DNA of 64,000 nucleotides from Pirellulales bacterium (lineage in GTDB: Bacteria > Planctomycetota > Planctomycetia > Pirellulales > UBA1268), in the NCBI GenBank assembly GCA_040397545.1, contig JBBAVV010000010.1, positions 14,797 through 78,796 on the forward strand, read 5' to 3'. The position numbers and the translations under genes are program-made. Each line of letters starts with the position of its first letter. Position 1 is the first letter of the stretch. The notes under the pieces were generated by a model. It worked only from the letters and a program-made list of their open reading frames with translations, searched no databases and was not told the DNA's origin. Positions 64,000 through 64,000 of this stretch are shown in pieces.

Positions 64000-64000
64000 G

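Overview
High-GC bacterial chromosome segment, almost certainly a planctomycete (Pirellulales-like). The evidence is the DUF1549/DUF1553-DUF1501 and DUF1552/DUF1592 pairs, a Rhodopirellula-type ECF sigma factor with a FecR anti-sigma, a UDPGP-family pyrophosphorylase and a dnaA without dnaN. Most of the window is housekeeping: secA, waaA, metK, manC, ruvX, prc, cbiX, xseA-xseB-ispA-dxs-nadK, dnaA, dapF, an AsmA-like gene and tilS. Two accessory regions stand out. (1) About 0.7-7.1 kb is an apparently inserted block with the Hen1-Pnkp RNA repair operon followed by a strongly divergent lipoxygenase-fold protein with a non-canonical metal-ligand set. It is flanked on the left by a tRNA-T-arm-like (att-like) remnant and on the right by a solitary repeat resembling type I-G CRISPR repeats plus a decayed gene start. 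(2) About 21.9-37 kb holds three heme-c protein/Tat-protein pairs around an ECF sigma/anti-sigma pair, with a twin divergent promoter-like motif (GTMAAAA-N11-GCGGAGAT). Also found: an unannotated 37-aa membrane ORF, several structured or repeated intergenic elements, and a near-consensus sigma70 promoter with a duplicated -35 before dnaA. No rRNA, complete tRNA, CRISPR array, integrase or transposase was recognised. All assignments come from reading motifs by eye; no database search was run.
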